From NCBI RefSeq assembly GCF_006345805.1, contig NC_043010.1, forward strand, positions 37,944,001 through 38,008,000: a stretch of 64,000 nt of DNA. Direction: 5' to 3'. The translations under genes and the position numbers were made by a program. The stretch comes from Octopus sinensis. Lineage: Eukaryota. Of this stretch, positions 12,493 through 24,817 are shown one piece after another. A model generated the notes under the pieces. That model had not been told where the DNA came from, searched no databases, and saw nothing but the letters and a program-made list of their open reading frames with translations. Every line of letters starts with the position of its first letter. Positions within the stretch are counted from its first letter, which is position 1.

Positions 12493-12800
12493 GTTCAGTG
12501 GTTAGAGCAATGGGCTTACAATCATGAGATAGTGAGTTTGATTCCCAGACTGGATTGTGTGTTCTGTTCTTGAGCAAGACACTTTATTTCACGTTGCTCC
12601 AGTTCATTCAGCTGTAGAAATGAGTTGCGATGTCACTGGTGCCAAGCTGTATCGGCCCCTTTGCTTTTCCCTTGGATAACATCGGTGGCATGGAGAGGAG
12701 AGGCTGGTATGTATGGGTGATTGCTGGTCTTTCATAAACAACCTTGCCCAGACTTGTGCCCTAAATGGGAACTTTCTAGGTGCAATCTCATGACTCAAGG
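12493..12800 (+). mobile_element. tRNA-headed SINE (family D variant)
   Basis: A/B-box-like head GTGGTTAGAGC...GAGTTTGATTCC, then CTTGAGCAAGACACTTTATTTCACGTTGCTCCAG, a block shared with 37258-37568. Confidence 0.65.
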
Positions 12801-13069
12801 GGGTCTTTACTCTTTTTTTCCATGTTAGGATGGGTTGGATGTTTTGACAGGAGCCGGCAAGGCTGAGGGCTGTACCAGCCTCCATTGTCTGTTTTGGCCT
12901 TCACTGTTTGAATAAAAGACTGGATGATTATAACTGAAAAACCTTTAGTCATAAATCTGTTCAGTCATTGTGGACCTGGTACTAAACATAACTTTGTTTC
13001 TTATGTCTGAGGTCATACCAATAAGTACCAATAATACAGTGCTTTTGGCTCAACTGTGTTCCACATCTA

Positions 13070-13267
13070 CTGGCTCTGGCTCTGAGTACAAATGTCTTGT
13101 TTTCATAAGTTTTGAATTGAAATCTTCCACCAAACTTTAGTCACAATTTATGTACCTATCACTAGCTTAATGAAAACTAAATTATTCTACTAAATTCTTT
13201 GATATATTTAAAGTAATTGAAAGAAACACAGAGCATCTCAAAATAAATACGGTAACGAAAGGGTTAA
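13070..13267 (-). mobile_element. piggyBac-like MITE (family 2), partial
   Basis: Ends ...CGAAAGGGTTAA; reverse complement of 62546-62774. Confidence 0.65.
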
Positions 13268-14234
13268 TGTGAGACATTCTTGGAATGGCAGACGAACAGT
13301 AAGGGGATGAACTCATTTGCTTTGTAATGATTGCTTTTGTATTTTGACCCCTTAACTGTGAAACAACTATTGAAAAGGTTGCAAGACACAATGAAAATTT
13401 TAGAAAGAATGAATAAGTAAACGAGTGGAAATCGAACCAGTGGGTGTGTTAAATAATAAGGCACTAAAAGAGAATGACCCTCCCCAGACACAATAGATAT
13501 CATGGTTATTCAGTGATGATCTTAAATGCTGGTGCTCAATCACTTTCAACAGTGAAGGTTCCAGTTGATCTGATCAATGGATCAGCCTACTCATGGAATT
13601 AACATGTAAATGGCTGAGTATTCTACAGACACACATACCCTTAATGTAGTTCTCACAGAGATTCAGCATGATGCAGAATGTGATAAGGCTGGCCCGTTTT
13701 GAATTACAGGTACACTTTCGCCAGCTGAATAGACTGGAGTAATGCAGAACAAAGCATTTTGGTCAAGGAGACAACACATGAGCTGGCAGAAACGTTAGCA
13801 CGCTGGGCGAAATGCTTATTAGTATTTCATCTGCCTCTACATTCTGAGTTCAAATTCCGCCAAGGTCGACTTTGCCTTTCATCCTTTCGGGGTCAATTAA
13901 ATAAGTACCAGTTACGCAGTGGGGTCGATGTAATCGACTTGATCCGTTTGTCTGTCCTTTTTGTCCCCTCTGTGCTTCGCTCCTTGTGGGCAATAAAGAA
14001 ATAAGAAAACAACATGCCACCTGATGTTAAATACCTACCCAAAAACAGAACTGGTATTTTCTGTAAGTGCTCTCCCCTGAAATTACTGGCCTTGTGCCAA
14101 AATTTGAAATGAATATTAAAGAAAAAAAAAATGCTACTACTATGACAACAATGACAACTTGTATTGTTATAACTTTTAATTGTTGCAGTTTAAAAATGAA
14201 TTAAAGACAACAATTTCTTAACGCTCACATTTTC

Positions 14235-14285
14235 ACATGAAATATTGATTTATCTTTGTTTTCTTTTTTTCTTTTACAGGTAAGG
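14235..14285 (+). promoter_or_regulatory. Candidate recursive splice site (3' acceptor fused to 5' donor)
   Basis: TTTGTTTTCTTTTTTTCTTTTACAG|GTAAGG with the junction at 14279/14280 and branch-point-like CTTAAC/CTCAC upstream. Confidence 0.5.
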
Positions 14286-14521
14286 AAGAGTCTATTATTT
14301 TTATTGATTATAACCACGGGTTTGGTGTGACTAATTTATTTTGACGACGTGGAGGTTTTCATTCTTACTGCTCAGCTAAACAGCATAAGAAGTAGGTATT
14401 TTGATTTGCTTTATCTTTCGACGTTTCTGTACTTTGGAATGTGTGTATATTTACATGTACACACGCTCACATATACATACATACATACCTGTAAATTTGG
14501 ATTTATTCCCTAATATTTATT

Positions 14522-14564
<43 letters not shown>

Positions 14565-15004
14565 TACACATATGTTTGTGTATGTGTATGAAGCCATTGT
14601 TGTGTCTATGTACAATAAAGCCTTTTCTTTTTCAAATGATCTAATTTGAGAACTACCATCAAAATTTTGTGTTAAATTATGTTCCCATCACCAGGTTCAT
14701 AATGACAAAAGCCACTTTACTGAATTCTTCATTATTTTCGAAATTTGAAGCAAAAGGTTTAATCTTCAACTTAAAAACACACACACACACACACTCACAC
14801 AATATTTTTGCTGCAGTCCTTTCATATCCATTAATCAGATGACAATCCTTCTTCAGAACAACATGAAATGTGGTTTCAACAAGATAATGCCAACTGCATT
14901 CTGCTAACAGTATGAGGAATCAAATAAATGAAACACTTACGTATCTCAGCAGCTTGAGATGAGGATGAACCAACTAGTTTTGTCTTACATTATATAGTCC
15001 TCTG

Positions 15005-15672
15005 CAGGCAGCGGGTTGGCAGAAACGTTAGCATGCCGGACAAAACGCTTAGTGGTTTTGCCAGGCGAAATGCTTAGCGCACCGGGCAAAATGCTTAGCG
15101 GTATTTCGTTTGCCGTTGCGTTGTGAGTTCAAATTCTGCCAAGGTTGACTTTACCTTTCATCCTTTCGAGGTCGATAAATTAAGTACCAGTTACACACCG
15201 GGGTCGATGTAATCGACTTAATACCTATGTCTGTCCTTGTTTGTCCCCTCTATGTTTAACCCCTTGTGGGTAATAAAGAAATAGGTATTTCATCTGTCTT
15301 TGTGTTCTGAGTACAAATTCTGCCATGATCGACTTTGCCTTTCATCCTTTTGGGGGTCGATAAATTAAGTACCAGTTGCATACTGGGGTCACTCTAATCG
15401 ATTGGTCCCCTCCCCCAAAATTTCAGGCCTTGTGCCTAGAGTAGAATAGATTATTTAGGGTGGTGAGCTGGCAGAAATGTTAGCACGCTGGGTGAAATGC
15501 TTAGCAGTATTTTGTCTGTCTTTACGTTCTGAATTCAAATTCTGCCGAGGTCAATGTTGCCTTTCATCCTTTCAGGGCCAATAAATTAAGTACCAGTCGC
15601 GTACTGGGGTCAATCTAATCGATTGGTCTCCTCCCTCAAAATTTCAGGCCTTGTGCCTAGAGTAGAAAAGAA
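15005..15672 (+). mobile_element. Cluster of three head-to-tail SINE-B copies
   Basis: Repeated GAGTTCAAATT...GCCTTTCATCCTTT...AAATTAAGTACCAG blocks. Confidence 0.8.
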
Positions 15673-18600
15673 TATATAATCCTCTGGGATTAGTTATCTC
15701 CTCTTTCAATCTGCCTAAGTTACAGAAGCACTGAGCTACTTTATAGTAAATGTAAACACCATTGTGACAAATGATAAGCATATGTAATGGTCAATGAGCA
15801 TGACAAGGTTGGCAGTCAGGCATTAACAATTTTTTATACTACCCATGTACGCTATGCTTATTAAGCATATGGTTGGGTGGTTAAGATGTTCGCTTTGTAA
15901 CCACATGGTTCTGAGTTCAGTCTCACTGCATGGCACCTTGGGCAAGTATCTTTGTGAAATGAGTTGTCCCACCCATGCTAGCATGCAAGGCAGATGATAA
16001 TGACGATGACAACGACCATCATCATCGTTTAACATCTGCTTGTCATGCTGGGTTGACCAATGTGAATGAATTTAGTTGGCAGAGACTGTGGAAGCCCATA
16101 TTGTGTGTGCATGCGTGCATGCATGTATGTGTGTGTACATGCATGTGTGTATGTGCATGCATGTGTGTGTGTGTTTGGACATGTGTGTGCTTGTGTGTAT
16201 GTGTGTTCCTCCTCTCAAAATTTTTTTCCTCTTTCCAGTGAAGGACCATGCTCTAAACATCGTTTCCACTCCTATTTTTCTATCTAAAACTTTCAGAGTG
16301 TCAGTCTAATATTCACTGTGTACATCTAATTGACTTTTATTGTTTTTTTTCCTGTGAAGTGGTTGGCATTTGGAAAGGCACCCAACTGTAAAGATCATGC
16401 CAAAAACTGACCTCACCTGTGCTGGTGCCATGTAAAAAGCACTCAGTTCACACTACTAGGTGGTCTTCTACCTGGCTCCTGTCAAGCTGTCTAACCCATG
16501 CCAGCATTGAAGGCAGGCGTTAAACAATGATGGTGATATGTGTGTGTGTATATATGTATATTCACATACATATATATGCACTGTGTGTGTTTACTATAGA
16601 TGTGTTTATATCCCTGTAACTTAGTGGTTCAGAATAAAGAGATTGATAAAATAAGTACTGGAGGTAGTTTGTTCAACTAAACCCTTTAAAGTGGTGCCCC
16701 AGCATAGCCACAGTTCAGTGACTGAAGTAAGTAAAAGAATAAGGAATACCATATGTTAAGGTTTCCCTGTGAATGTTGTTTTTATGCTGTTGAATTTTAT
16801 CTGTTATCATGTTATGTTGTCATGTTGCTCTCATCTGCTCTTCTAGCTGATTACAAGTATGTTAACTACTCGTAAGGTTTTTGTTTTTTCCACATATATT
16901 TACAAGATATCAATTCTTGGGTGTCTATTTCCTATTTCCTACATCAGAGATGAATTTCTGTTCCAGTTACTCTCTGTAACTTTTATGCAATAAAACTCTA
17001 TTGGTAAAAGGCTTTTTAAGATAAACCTTACCCTCCATTCAGGGGTTTTACAAGGCTCAGTGAATTAGTGTTAGTTCCTCTTATTACAACAGTCATTCTG
17101 TGTTTGTAAACGCAGTGGCAAGCAAAAACTACATTTAAAAATGCATCAGTAAATTTTTTTTGTTTTTAAATCTTTTAGTTCATTAACGAAAACATCGATC
17201 AATTATATAATACCTGCATTCCTGCTCATAATCAGTGAACCCCAATTATTACTCAGAAAGCTGGTTCAGGTGACACGGGAATATCAGTCTAATTATTTTC
17301 TGCGAGTCCAATCTCTCTTCTAATTAAATCGTAGGCGCAGGCATGGCTGCACAGTAAGAAGTTTGTTTCCCAGCCGCTTGGTTTTGGGTTCAGTCCCACA
17401 GCATGGCACCTTGGGCAAGTGTCATCTACCATAGGCCCAGGCTGACCACAGCCTTGTGAGTGAATTTGGTAGACAGAAACTTAAAGAAGCTCATCACATG
17501 TATGTATGTGTGTGTGTTTGCTCCTACCACTTCTTGGCAACTGGTGTTGGTTTGTTTAGCTTAGGCCTGGCCAACTCAAATTATATTGTGGGCCACTTTA
17601 ATCAGAGAAAGATTTTTGAGGATCACTTGTATACTGACAGAATTGAAAGCATTTTATTTTCTCATGCTATTATTACAATAATGAATGATTGTTGATTCAA
17701 TATGAGATATTATCATTGCAAAAACAGTAGTATCTTTCTTTTTTACTTTACGTTACAATCTTTAATTTTTGATAAAAATTTTAGAAATGTTTGTTTAAAT
17801 AAACCCATTTCAAAAAAGTATCAAGCAGGCTGCAAGATAAAAGTCTGCAGCTTGCAGGCCTCAGGTTGGCTAACCCTGGTTTAGCTGTTTGGCAAAAGAG
17901 ACTGAGGGAATAAATATCTGACTGAAGCAAAAAATTAAGTACTGGGTGTGGGGTGGGCAATTTGTTCAACCAAACCCCATCAAGGCAGAGCCCCAGCATG
18001 GTCACAGTTCAATGACTGAAACAAGTAAAAGATAAAAGTTTATAAATTGGACATTGATAAATAATATCACCAAGATTCTAATCTCACCACTTGAGATATT
18101 AACTGCCATTGTACTTGAAAATCAGAAGAAATAGCCAGAAAAATTCACTCGATATAAAGCAAAAAAATAGGTGCACATGGTGAGAACAGGAAGTTCTTTC
18201 TAAAATGATGTTGAACTTTGTTTTGTTGCACCAAAGTGTGTTTGGGTGCTTAATTCCTGTTGTACAATATTAATCAGTAAACACTGTTTTGAATTGGAGC
18301 TACTTGCAGTACAAGACTTCTCCGAATTTAGGGTGGCGGGGTGGTGGATTTGCAGAATCATTTAGAGTGTCGAGAAAAATGCCTCACAGATTTTCTTCCT
18401 GTTTTTTATATCATTTGCTGTAGTTCAATTTTGCCTTTCATCCCTCTTGGCGATTGGGGTATGGAGGGGTCATTAAATTAAATGTTAGTCAAATACTTGG
18501 GTTGATGTAATTGTTTAATCTACTCCTTACTCAAAATTGCTAACCTTATGTCTAAATTAATGTCAATTTAAATTAGATGCAATTATTAATTATAACGATG

Positions 18601-19207
18601 AATTAAAAGCAATTATTAATCCTTTCTTCAATAGGTACAAGGCCTGAAATTTGGGGGAGGGGGTCTTGTCAATCACATCAACCCTGGTATTTCTCTGGTA
18701 CTTATTTCATCGACCCCAAAAGGATGAAAGGCAAAACTAACGCCAGCTGAATTTGAACTCAGAGTGTAGTGACGGGCAGAATACCACTAAGCATTCTGTC
18801 CAGCGTGCTAACAATTCTGCCAGCACGCCACCTCAGAAGCAGTTATTAATAAGAATGGCAATTTAGTAGTTAAAGCATTGGACAAAATCTCTTGCAGTTT
18901 TTAGCTACTGCCCATTAAGTTCTGAGTTCAAATCCTGTTCAAGTCAACTTTGCCTTTTATATAGTCAATTACTGGGGTTGATTTGGCTATGTCCTTCACC
19001 CTAAATTTGTGGTTTTGTGCTAAAGCTAGAAAAATTATTATTATTATTATTATTATTATTATTTTATTATTATTATTATTATATTATTATTATTTTGTGT
19101 TGCAAAAAAGAAGAGATGTCCTTGACAAGGACAGAAGAGATCAATTGATCTTTCTAACACATATGGGCATTGCTCTCTACTTTAGAGCAACCTATTTTTT
19201 AATAGGC

Positions 19208-19612
19208 ATAAGAGTGGCTGTGTGGTAAGTAGCTTGCTTACCAACCACATAGTTCTGGGTTCAGTCCCATTGCGTGGCACCTTGGGCAAGTGTCTTCTAC
19301 TATAGCCTCAGGCCAACCAAAGCCTTGTCAGTGTATTTAGTAGACGGAAACTGAAAGAAGCCCATCGTATATATGTATGTTTATATATATATGTGTGTGT
19401 GTGTGTATATGTTTGCATGTCTGTGTTTGTCCCCCCAACATCACTTGACAACCGATGCTGATGTGTTTAGGTCCCCGTAACTTAGCAGTTCGGCAAAAGA
19501 GACTGATAGAATAAGTACTAGGCTTCCAAAGAATAAGTCCTGGGGTCAGTTTGCTTGACTAAAAGTTGTGCTCCAGCATGGCCGCAGTCAAATGACTGAA
19601 ACAAGTAAAAGA
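19208..19612 (+). mobile_element. SINE family A, full length
   Basis: Complete head-to-tail match to the other copies. Confidence 0.9.
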
Positions 19613-20751
19613 GTATTATTATTATTATTGAGTGAGAGAGCAGTTCATGCCATCAAAGTGACACTGGGGTAAAATATACAAAGCCTAATATACCCATCAT
19701 GACTACCCGTCTGATAAGGGTACACCAGGCACATGCATCACAACCATATGTGCTCGACATGGTGATCTCATATCAAGATAAACAGCACATGACCTTGCAG
19801 GTGGGGCCCAGTTTATTATTATTATTTGTGTTTGTCATAAGTTGACATGTGTTGTTTTATTCTGATGGAATTGGATATTTATGCCATGTTTACCTGAAAG
19901 AAGATCTTTCTTCCTAGGGATACATCTATGAAGCATGGAACCTTACAAATACCCTAATTTGTAAGGGGGTGGGGGTGAGGGCAAAAGAATTTTTTTTTTT
20001 TTGTAAACATATTTAATTTCGTTTTTGTATGTTTCCAACTCTTTTCAATATTGCTGCACATACTGGAGCAGTAGAGGACACCCTTCCCACAAATTTGAAT
20101 GGAAACGCATTCTGTAAAGAATGTGCAAATGAATAAAAATAGAAAACAAATCAAATTATGCTGTGGTGTTAACAATGAGCAGATTTTGAACATGAATCAA
20201 CCAGCCAAGGCAACATCTGCTTGGCAGAATTTTGTAACCAAGTAAGGTAGATGTTTGCCAGAGTTTTTTTTTTATTTTATTATTTTTTTTTTTATTCAAA
20301 ACCAAGACTAATGAAAGGTTAACTATCTAAGCATTGCCAAAAGCAGAATTGAAAAACCACAATTACAAGTAGGCTTGGTCAGTGTGTGGGGTGATATTTC
20401 CGTGTGTCAGTTGAAGGAAGAGTTTAAGAACTCTGTGCCTAGTTTTCTTTAAAACAGAATGGATTGAAGAGGCAGGCTGAGCTGGTATTTCACATGTTGG
20501 TACTAGATCTGAAATACATGGGTTGATGTAGTGTAAGGGTTGTTGTCAAAGATATTGACAATCATGGTGAGTCTTGGCTCATTGTCACCTTTGGGACACT
20601 GTACTGTTATATGGTGAGCCCCAAGGCAGTTAGGAATGACACAGTTGGATAGCATCTCAATGGATAAACAATCTCTAATGATTCCCCCAAAGATTACAAA
20701 GCCACTGGAACAGTGCTCATTGAGGGCACAAAAAGAAAGACTTTCAATCTA

Positions 20752-20988
20752 GTACATTATTCACTTTTGACGGATGTTTGTCTTCATCTTGTTTGTTGTT
20801 AACACAACGTTTCAGCTGATATACCCTTCAGCCTTCATCAAGTGTCTTGGGGAAATTTCAAACCTGGGTTCTCATTCCTAAGGTATTTTTCTATGTTGTT
20901 ATTATTATTATTCATGTCTCTGTCTGGCATTGAATTCGGAATCTTGGGGTTAGTAGCCCATACTCTTAACCACTACGCCATATGCCCG
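20752..20988 (-). mobile_element. tRNA-headed SINE whose 3' half contains a hammerhead ribozyme
   Basis: Minus strand: TGGCGTAGTGGTTAAGAG (A box) ... CCGAATTCAATGCC (degenerate B box), (AAT)n linker, then the hammerhead fold. Confidence 0.7.
20801..20846 (-). ncRNA. Minimal type I hammerhead ribozyme, C3U variant
   Basis: GACAC-UUGAUGA-A-GGCUG aaggguauau CAGCU-GAAA-CG-UU-GUGUU; ACGU palindromic micro-stem III. Confidence 0.75.
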
Positions 20989-21839
20989 TGGCATTGCAAA
21001 GCAGAAAGCCTGCATGCAATGTGTACAGCAGTAAAGGCATTTGACAAGTTTGTGCTGAAGAATTTGCTTATAGGAAACGGGAAAGCTGCAGTTCTTGCAG
21101 GAACAACAGGGGGCTTCAGAGGCTTGTTTCAAATACATCAACAGTTTCACGACCTGTTGTAATTTTGAGGTTAACCAAAAGATTTGCATCTTCCTCACTC
21201 AGTTGCCAAAACCAAAGACAAAAGAATAGTTGGTTAAAGACTCCCCTTCTCAGTTGTGCCACCTGCTCTTACCTCTAAGCTGTGCATGTACATAGATTCT
21301 TCAACCAGCTGATGAATGAAAATGGAGTAATTAACAAGTATATCTATTATTCAGCATCTTTTGTTTTACTTATTAGACTGTGGCCATACTGGGGCACCGG
21401 CTTATAGAATTTTTTTTATAGAAGTTTTTTTTAAAAACCTGGTATTTATTGTATTGGCCTCTTTTGCCAAATCACTAAGATATGGGGACATAAACACACC
21501 AACACCAGTTGTCAAGTGGTGGAGGGGGACAAACACAGATACACACACACACATGCATGTATTTGTGTGTGTGTGTGTGTGTGTGTGTATCATTGCTATC
21601 ATGCAAAAGTGTTGTAAGTCCAAAATGTTGCTTTTTCAGAAAGCAAAAAAATAGTTTCACCATTCCATAGCAAAATCGTTGTACTACACTTCGACAATGT
21701 TTGATATCTTGGCATTTGAAGCCGCTGGAGATATGATAGTTTTTACTAAAAGAACTGGCTATTGCAAGCAGAAAATAGATATTGAAAAAAATGCATTTGG
21801 CCAAATTTGGACATACAACAGTTTGACATAATAGCAATG

Positions 21840-22268
21840 ATATAACGCGGTGCTGCCATCACCCACGTTCGGATGGTGCTTTTTACGTGCCACCGGCACA
21901 AGTATCACAACTACAATTTCCATTTGATTTTTATTTTGATATTGATGTACCTATTGAGTCAAGTACATCAACATCAAAATAAAAATCAAATGGAAATTGT
22001 AGTTGTGATACCTGTGCCAGTGCCACGTAAAAAGCACCATCCGAACGCGGGTGATGCCAGCGCCACCTTGAATGGTTTCCGTGCTGGTGGCACGTAAAAA
22101 GCACCCACTACACTCTTAGAGCGGTTGGCATTAGGAAGGGCATCCAGCTGTAGAAACACTGCCAGATCAGACTGGAGCCTGTTGCAGCCTCCTGGCTTCC
22201 CAGACCCCGGTCGAACCATCCAACCCATGCTAGCATGGAAACGGACGTTAGACGATGATGATGATGAT
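21840..22268 (+). mobile_element. RTE 3'-UTR-derived short element with (GAT)n tail
   Basis: Repeated GTGGCACGTAAAAAGCACC motifs and ...CGTTAGACGATGATGAT end, as at 5400-5607. Confidence 0.85.
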
Positions 22269-22285
22269 ATATATATTATATATAT

Positions 22286-22320
<35 letters not shown>

Positions 22321-22336
22321 ATATATATATATATAT

Positions 22337-22373
<37 letters not shown>

Positions 22374-23034
22374 GATGGGCCTTTTTCAGTTTCTGTCTAC
22401 AAATCCACTCACAAGGCTTTGGTCAGCCTTGGCTATAGTAGAAGACACTTGCCCAAGATACCAGGCTTCTCACTACTCAGTCATGCCTGTGCCTACGCAG
22501 TATGTCTGTACATTTGTCACTTGTCTGTATGTCTGTACAGTTGGCATTTGAGAAAAGCATTGCTCAACATAAGGTTTTAACACCTACATTGACTTGTATA
22601 GATTAGAGAAAGCATTGTTGTTAATCTTTTGTTTTACAACAATGCAGAAGGTATATATTTGGAAAGTGAACAAGGAGTGGGAGATTGTCAGAGATTGTTC
22701 AAAGAGCAGGAAGAGAAAAATAAACCACAAAAAATAAAGAAGAAAACTTAATGGTGTATTTATGTGTGTTTGTAGATATTTGTGTGTGTGTGAATGTGCT
22801 TTAGGGTGATTGTCTATGTGTGTAATTCATGTAGGTGTGTGGCTGTGTGTGAACATTTGCATGAAAAAAATTTTGTGTTTTCTTCTGCTTTTGTGTATCC
22901 ATGTAGGTATTAGTTTGTGTATGTGTGTGTGACAAGAGGAAAGGCCTCTTGCCTTAGAAAATCTGCTTCAACAAATTTTCTCTGACCTATGCAGGCATGG
23001 AAAATTTCATATTAAATACTGATGATGAAATAGA

Positions 23035-23081
<47 letters not shown>

Positions 23082-23086
<5 letters not shown>

Positions 23087-23264
23087 ATAATATGTTATAG
23101 CCAGATAACCGAAGAGATGGTGTTGTGGATTTCCACTTCGGCATCTGAAACTCAGAGTTTTATCTTGACTATCGAGTAATGTAACATATTATTATTTAGA
23201 TAAATTTCCTCTATTTACATAATATTGAGGTCTCTTTCTTTCTTTTGTTATCTTACTGTTTTAC

Positions 23265-23266
<2 letters not shown>
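23082..23266 (+). mobile_element. Hammerhead-bearing short element between two (TA)n tracts
   Basis: (TA)n on both sides (23037-23081 and 23267-23292); contains a hammerhead fold at 23103-23165. Confidence 0.65.
23103..23165 (+). ncRNA. Type I hammerhead ribozyme, U4C (probably inactive)
   Basis: AGAUAA-CCGAAGA-GAUG...CAUC U-GAAA-CUC a GAG-UU-UUAUCU; stem I is extended by a perfect 12 bp helix, 23086-23097 with 23182-23193. Confidence 0.7.
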
Positions 23267-23297
<31 letters not shown>

Positions 23298-23616
23298 TAT
23301 AAATAATGAGAGAAATAATATGATAAAATCTATTTAACCATTGTAAAATTCTTATATCACAACAATTGTTTTGAAACTTCAAGCATGCAGAGATAATTTG
23401 TTTTATTATATGTTATAATATAACATAAGAGTTGTTATATAAGTAATTTCCAATGGTTAAATAAATTTCATTGTACTATTTCTCTCATCATTTATAATTT
23501 TATACATTCCTTATGTTTCTATTTTCTATCATGCTATATATTCCATATGTTTTGTTGAATGATACATTAGGGAGCTTTTTTAATAAGTGCCATGGGATTA
23601 GTTGAATCCATATATT

Positions 23617-23987
23617 CCTCTCTTTTACTGGTTTCAGTCATTTGACTGCAGCCATGCTGGAGCACCACCTTTAGGACTTATTCTTTGTAAGCCTAATACT
23701 TATTCTATCGGTCTCTTTTGCCGAACCGCTAGTGTTACAGGGACATAAACACACCAGCATCAGTTGTCAAGCGATGTTGCGGCGACAAACACAGACACAC
23801 AAGCATACATACATACATATATAATGCAGGCTTCTTTCAGTTTCTGTCTACCAAATCCACTCACAAGGCTTTGGTCGGCCCGAGGCGATAGCAGAAGACA
23901 CTTGCCCAAGATGCCACGCAGTGGGACTGAACCAGAACCATGTGGCTGGTAAGCAAGCTACTTACCACACAGCCACTCCTGCACCTA
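23617..23987 (-). mobile_element. SINE family A, full length
   Basis: Reverse-complement match to the family consensus seen elsewhere in the window. Confidence 0.9.
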
Positions 23988-24657
23988 TGTTGTGACTTAA
24001 ATTTATATACATACACACGTATTATGTGTGTGTGTGTGAATATAAAAAGTAAACATCAGATTTATGGTTATAATTTAAATTTGGTACTTGCACATCTACA
24101 GTATTCTGCCAACACTTGTGGTTTTTACTGCTATTTTATTTCACTTCAAGCCCTCTGTGATCATATTGAACCATTTCTGGAGTCCTAATTTTAGTCTGTT
24201 TCATTTGATCTCAGTCAGTGCTCAACTAGTAATTATTTCATTGACCTTGACCAGATGATGGTGGAATTTGAACTTAGAATGTAAAGACAAAGAAAAATGC
24301 AGCTAAGTATTCTGTTTGGCATGCTAATGATTCTGCTAGCTGGCCTCTTTTCTTAATTATGGTATGGACTAGTTTGAGGCAGTGTCTCTTATAGCAGGGA
24401 TCTGTAAGGACTGTCTTTATAAACTGACCAACACCATGATGAAGAAAGTATTTTCTCATTAAGAAAATGTCTTGGCATACACTTCTCTAACTTTGACTTC
24501 TTTATCCTAAGTGGCCTCACCATGTTTTTATGAATTTGTTACCCCCAAACCTACTCTATAATTTAGTGTGTGTGTGTGTGTGTGTGTGTATATAGTTGCC
24601 ATGATTGATCGTTAGCCACTACACACATTTTTTTCTCTCCTTGTTTTTACTGTGTCC

Positions 24658-24693
24658 CTTTCTGTAGAAGAGTGTAGGCTCGAAACGTAAAAG
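24658..24693 (+). ncRNA. Minimal type I hammerhead variant within a ~190 bp element (24592-24784) ending in (TA)n
   Basis: CUUU-CUGUAGA-A-GAGU guag GCUC-GAAA-CG-UA-AAAG; position 6 is U instead of A. Confidence 0.65.
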
Positions 24694-24783
24694 ACTTTTT
24701 CTATTCCTGAGCATTATACTAATACATCTGTTTGTTTTGTGCACCACCTGTCTTCCTCTTTTGTTTTTTTCTTAAACTCTTCC

Positions 24784-24817
<34 letters not shown>

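Noticed and set aside
20440-20740. ~76-codon open minus frame faintly resembling a LINE endonuclease
   Set aside because: No diagnostic motif is intact, so it cannot be supported.
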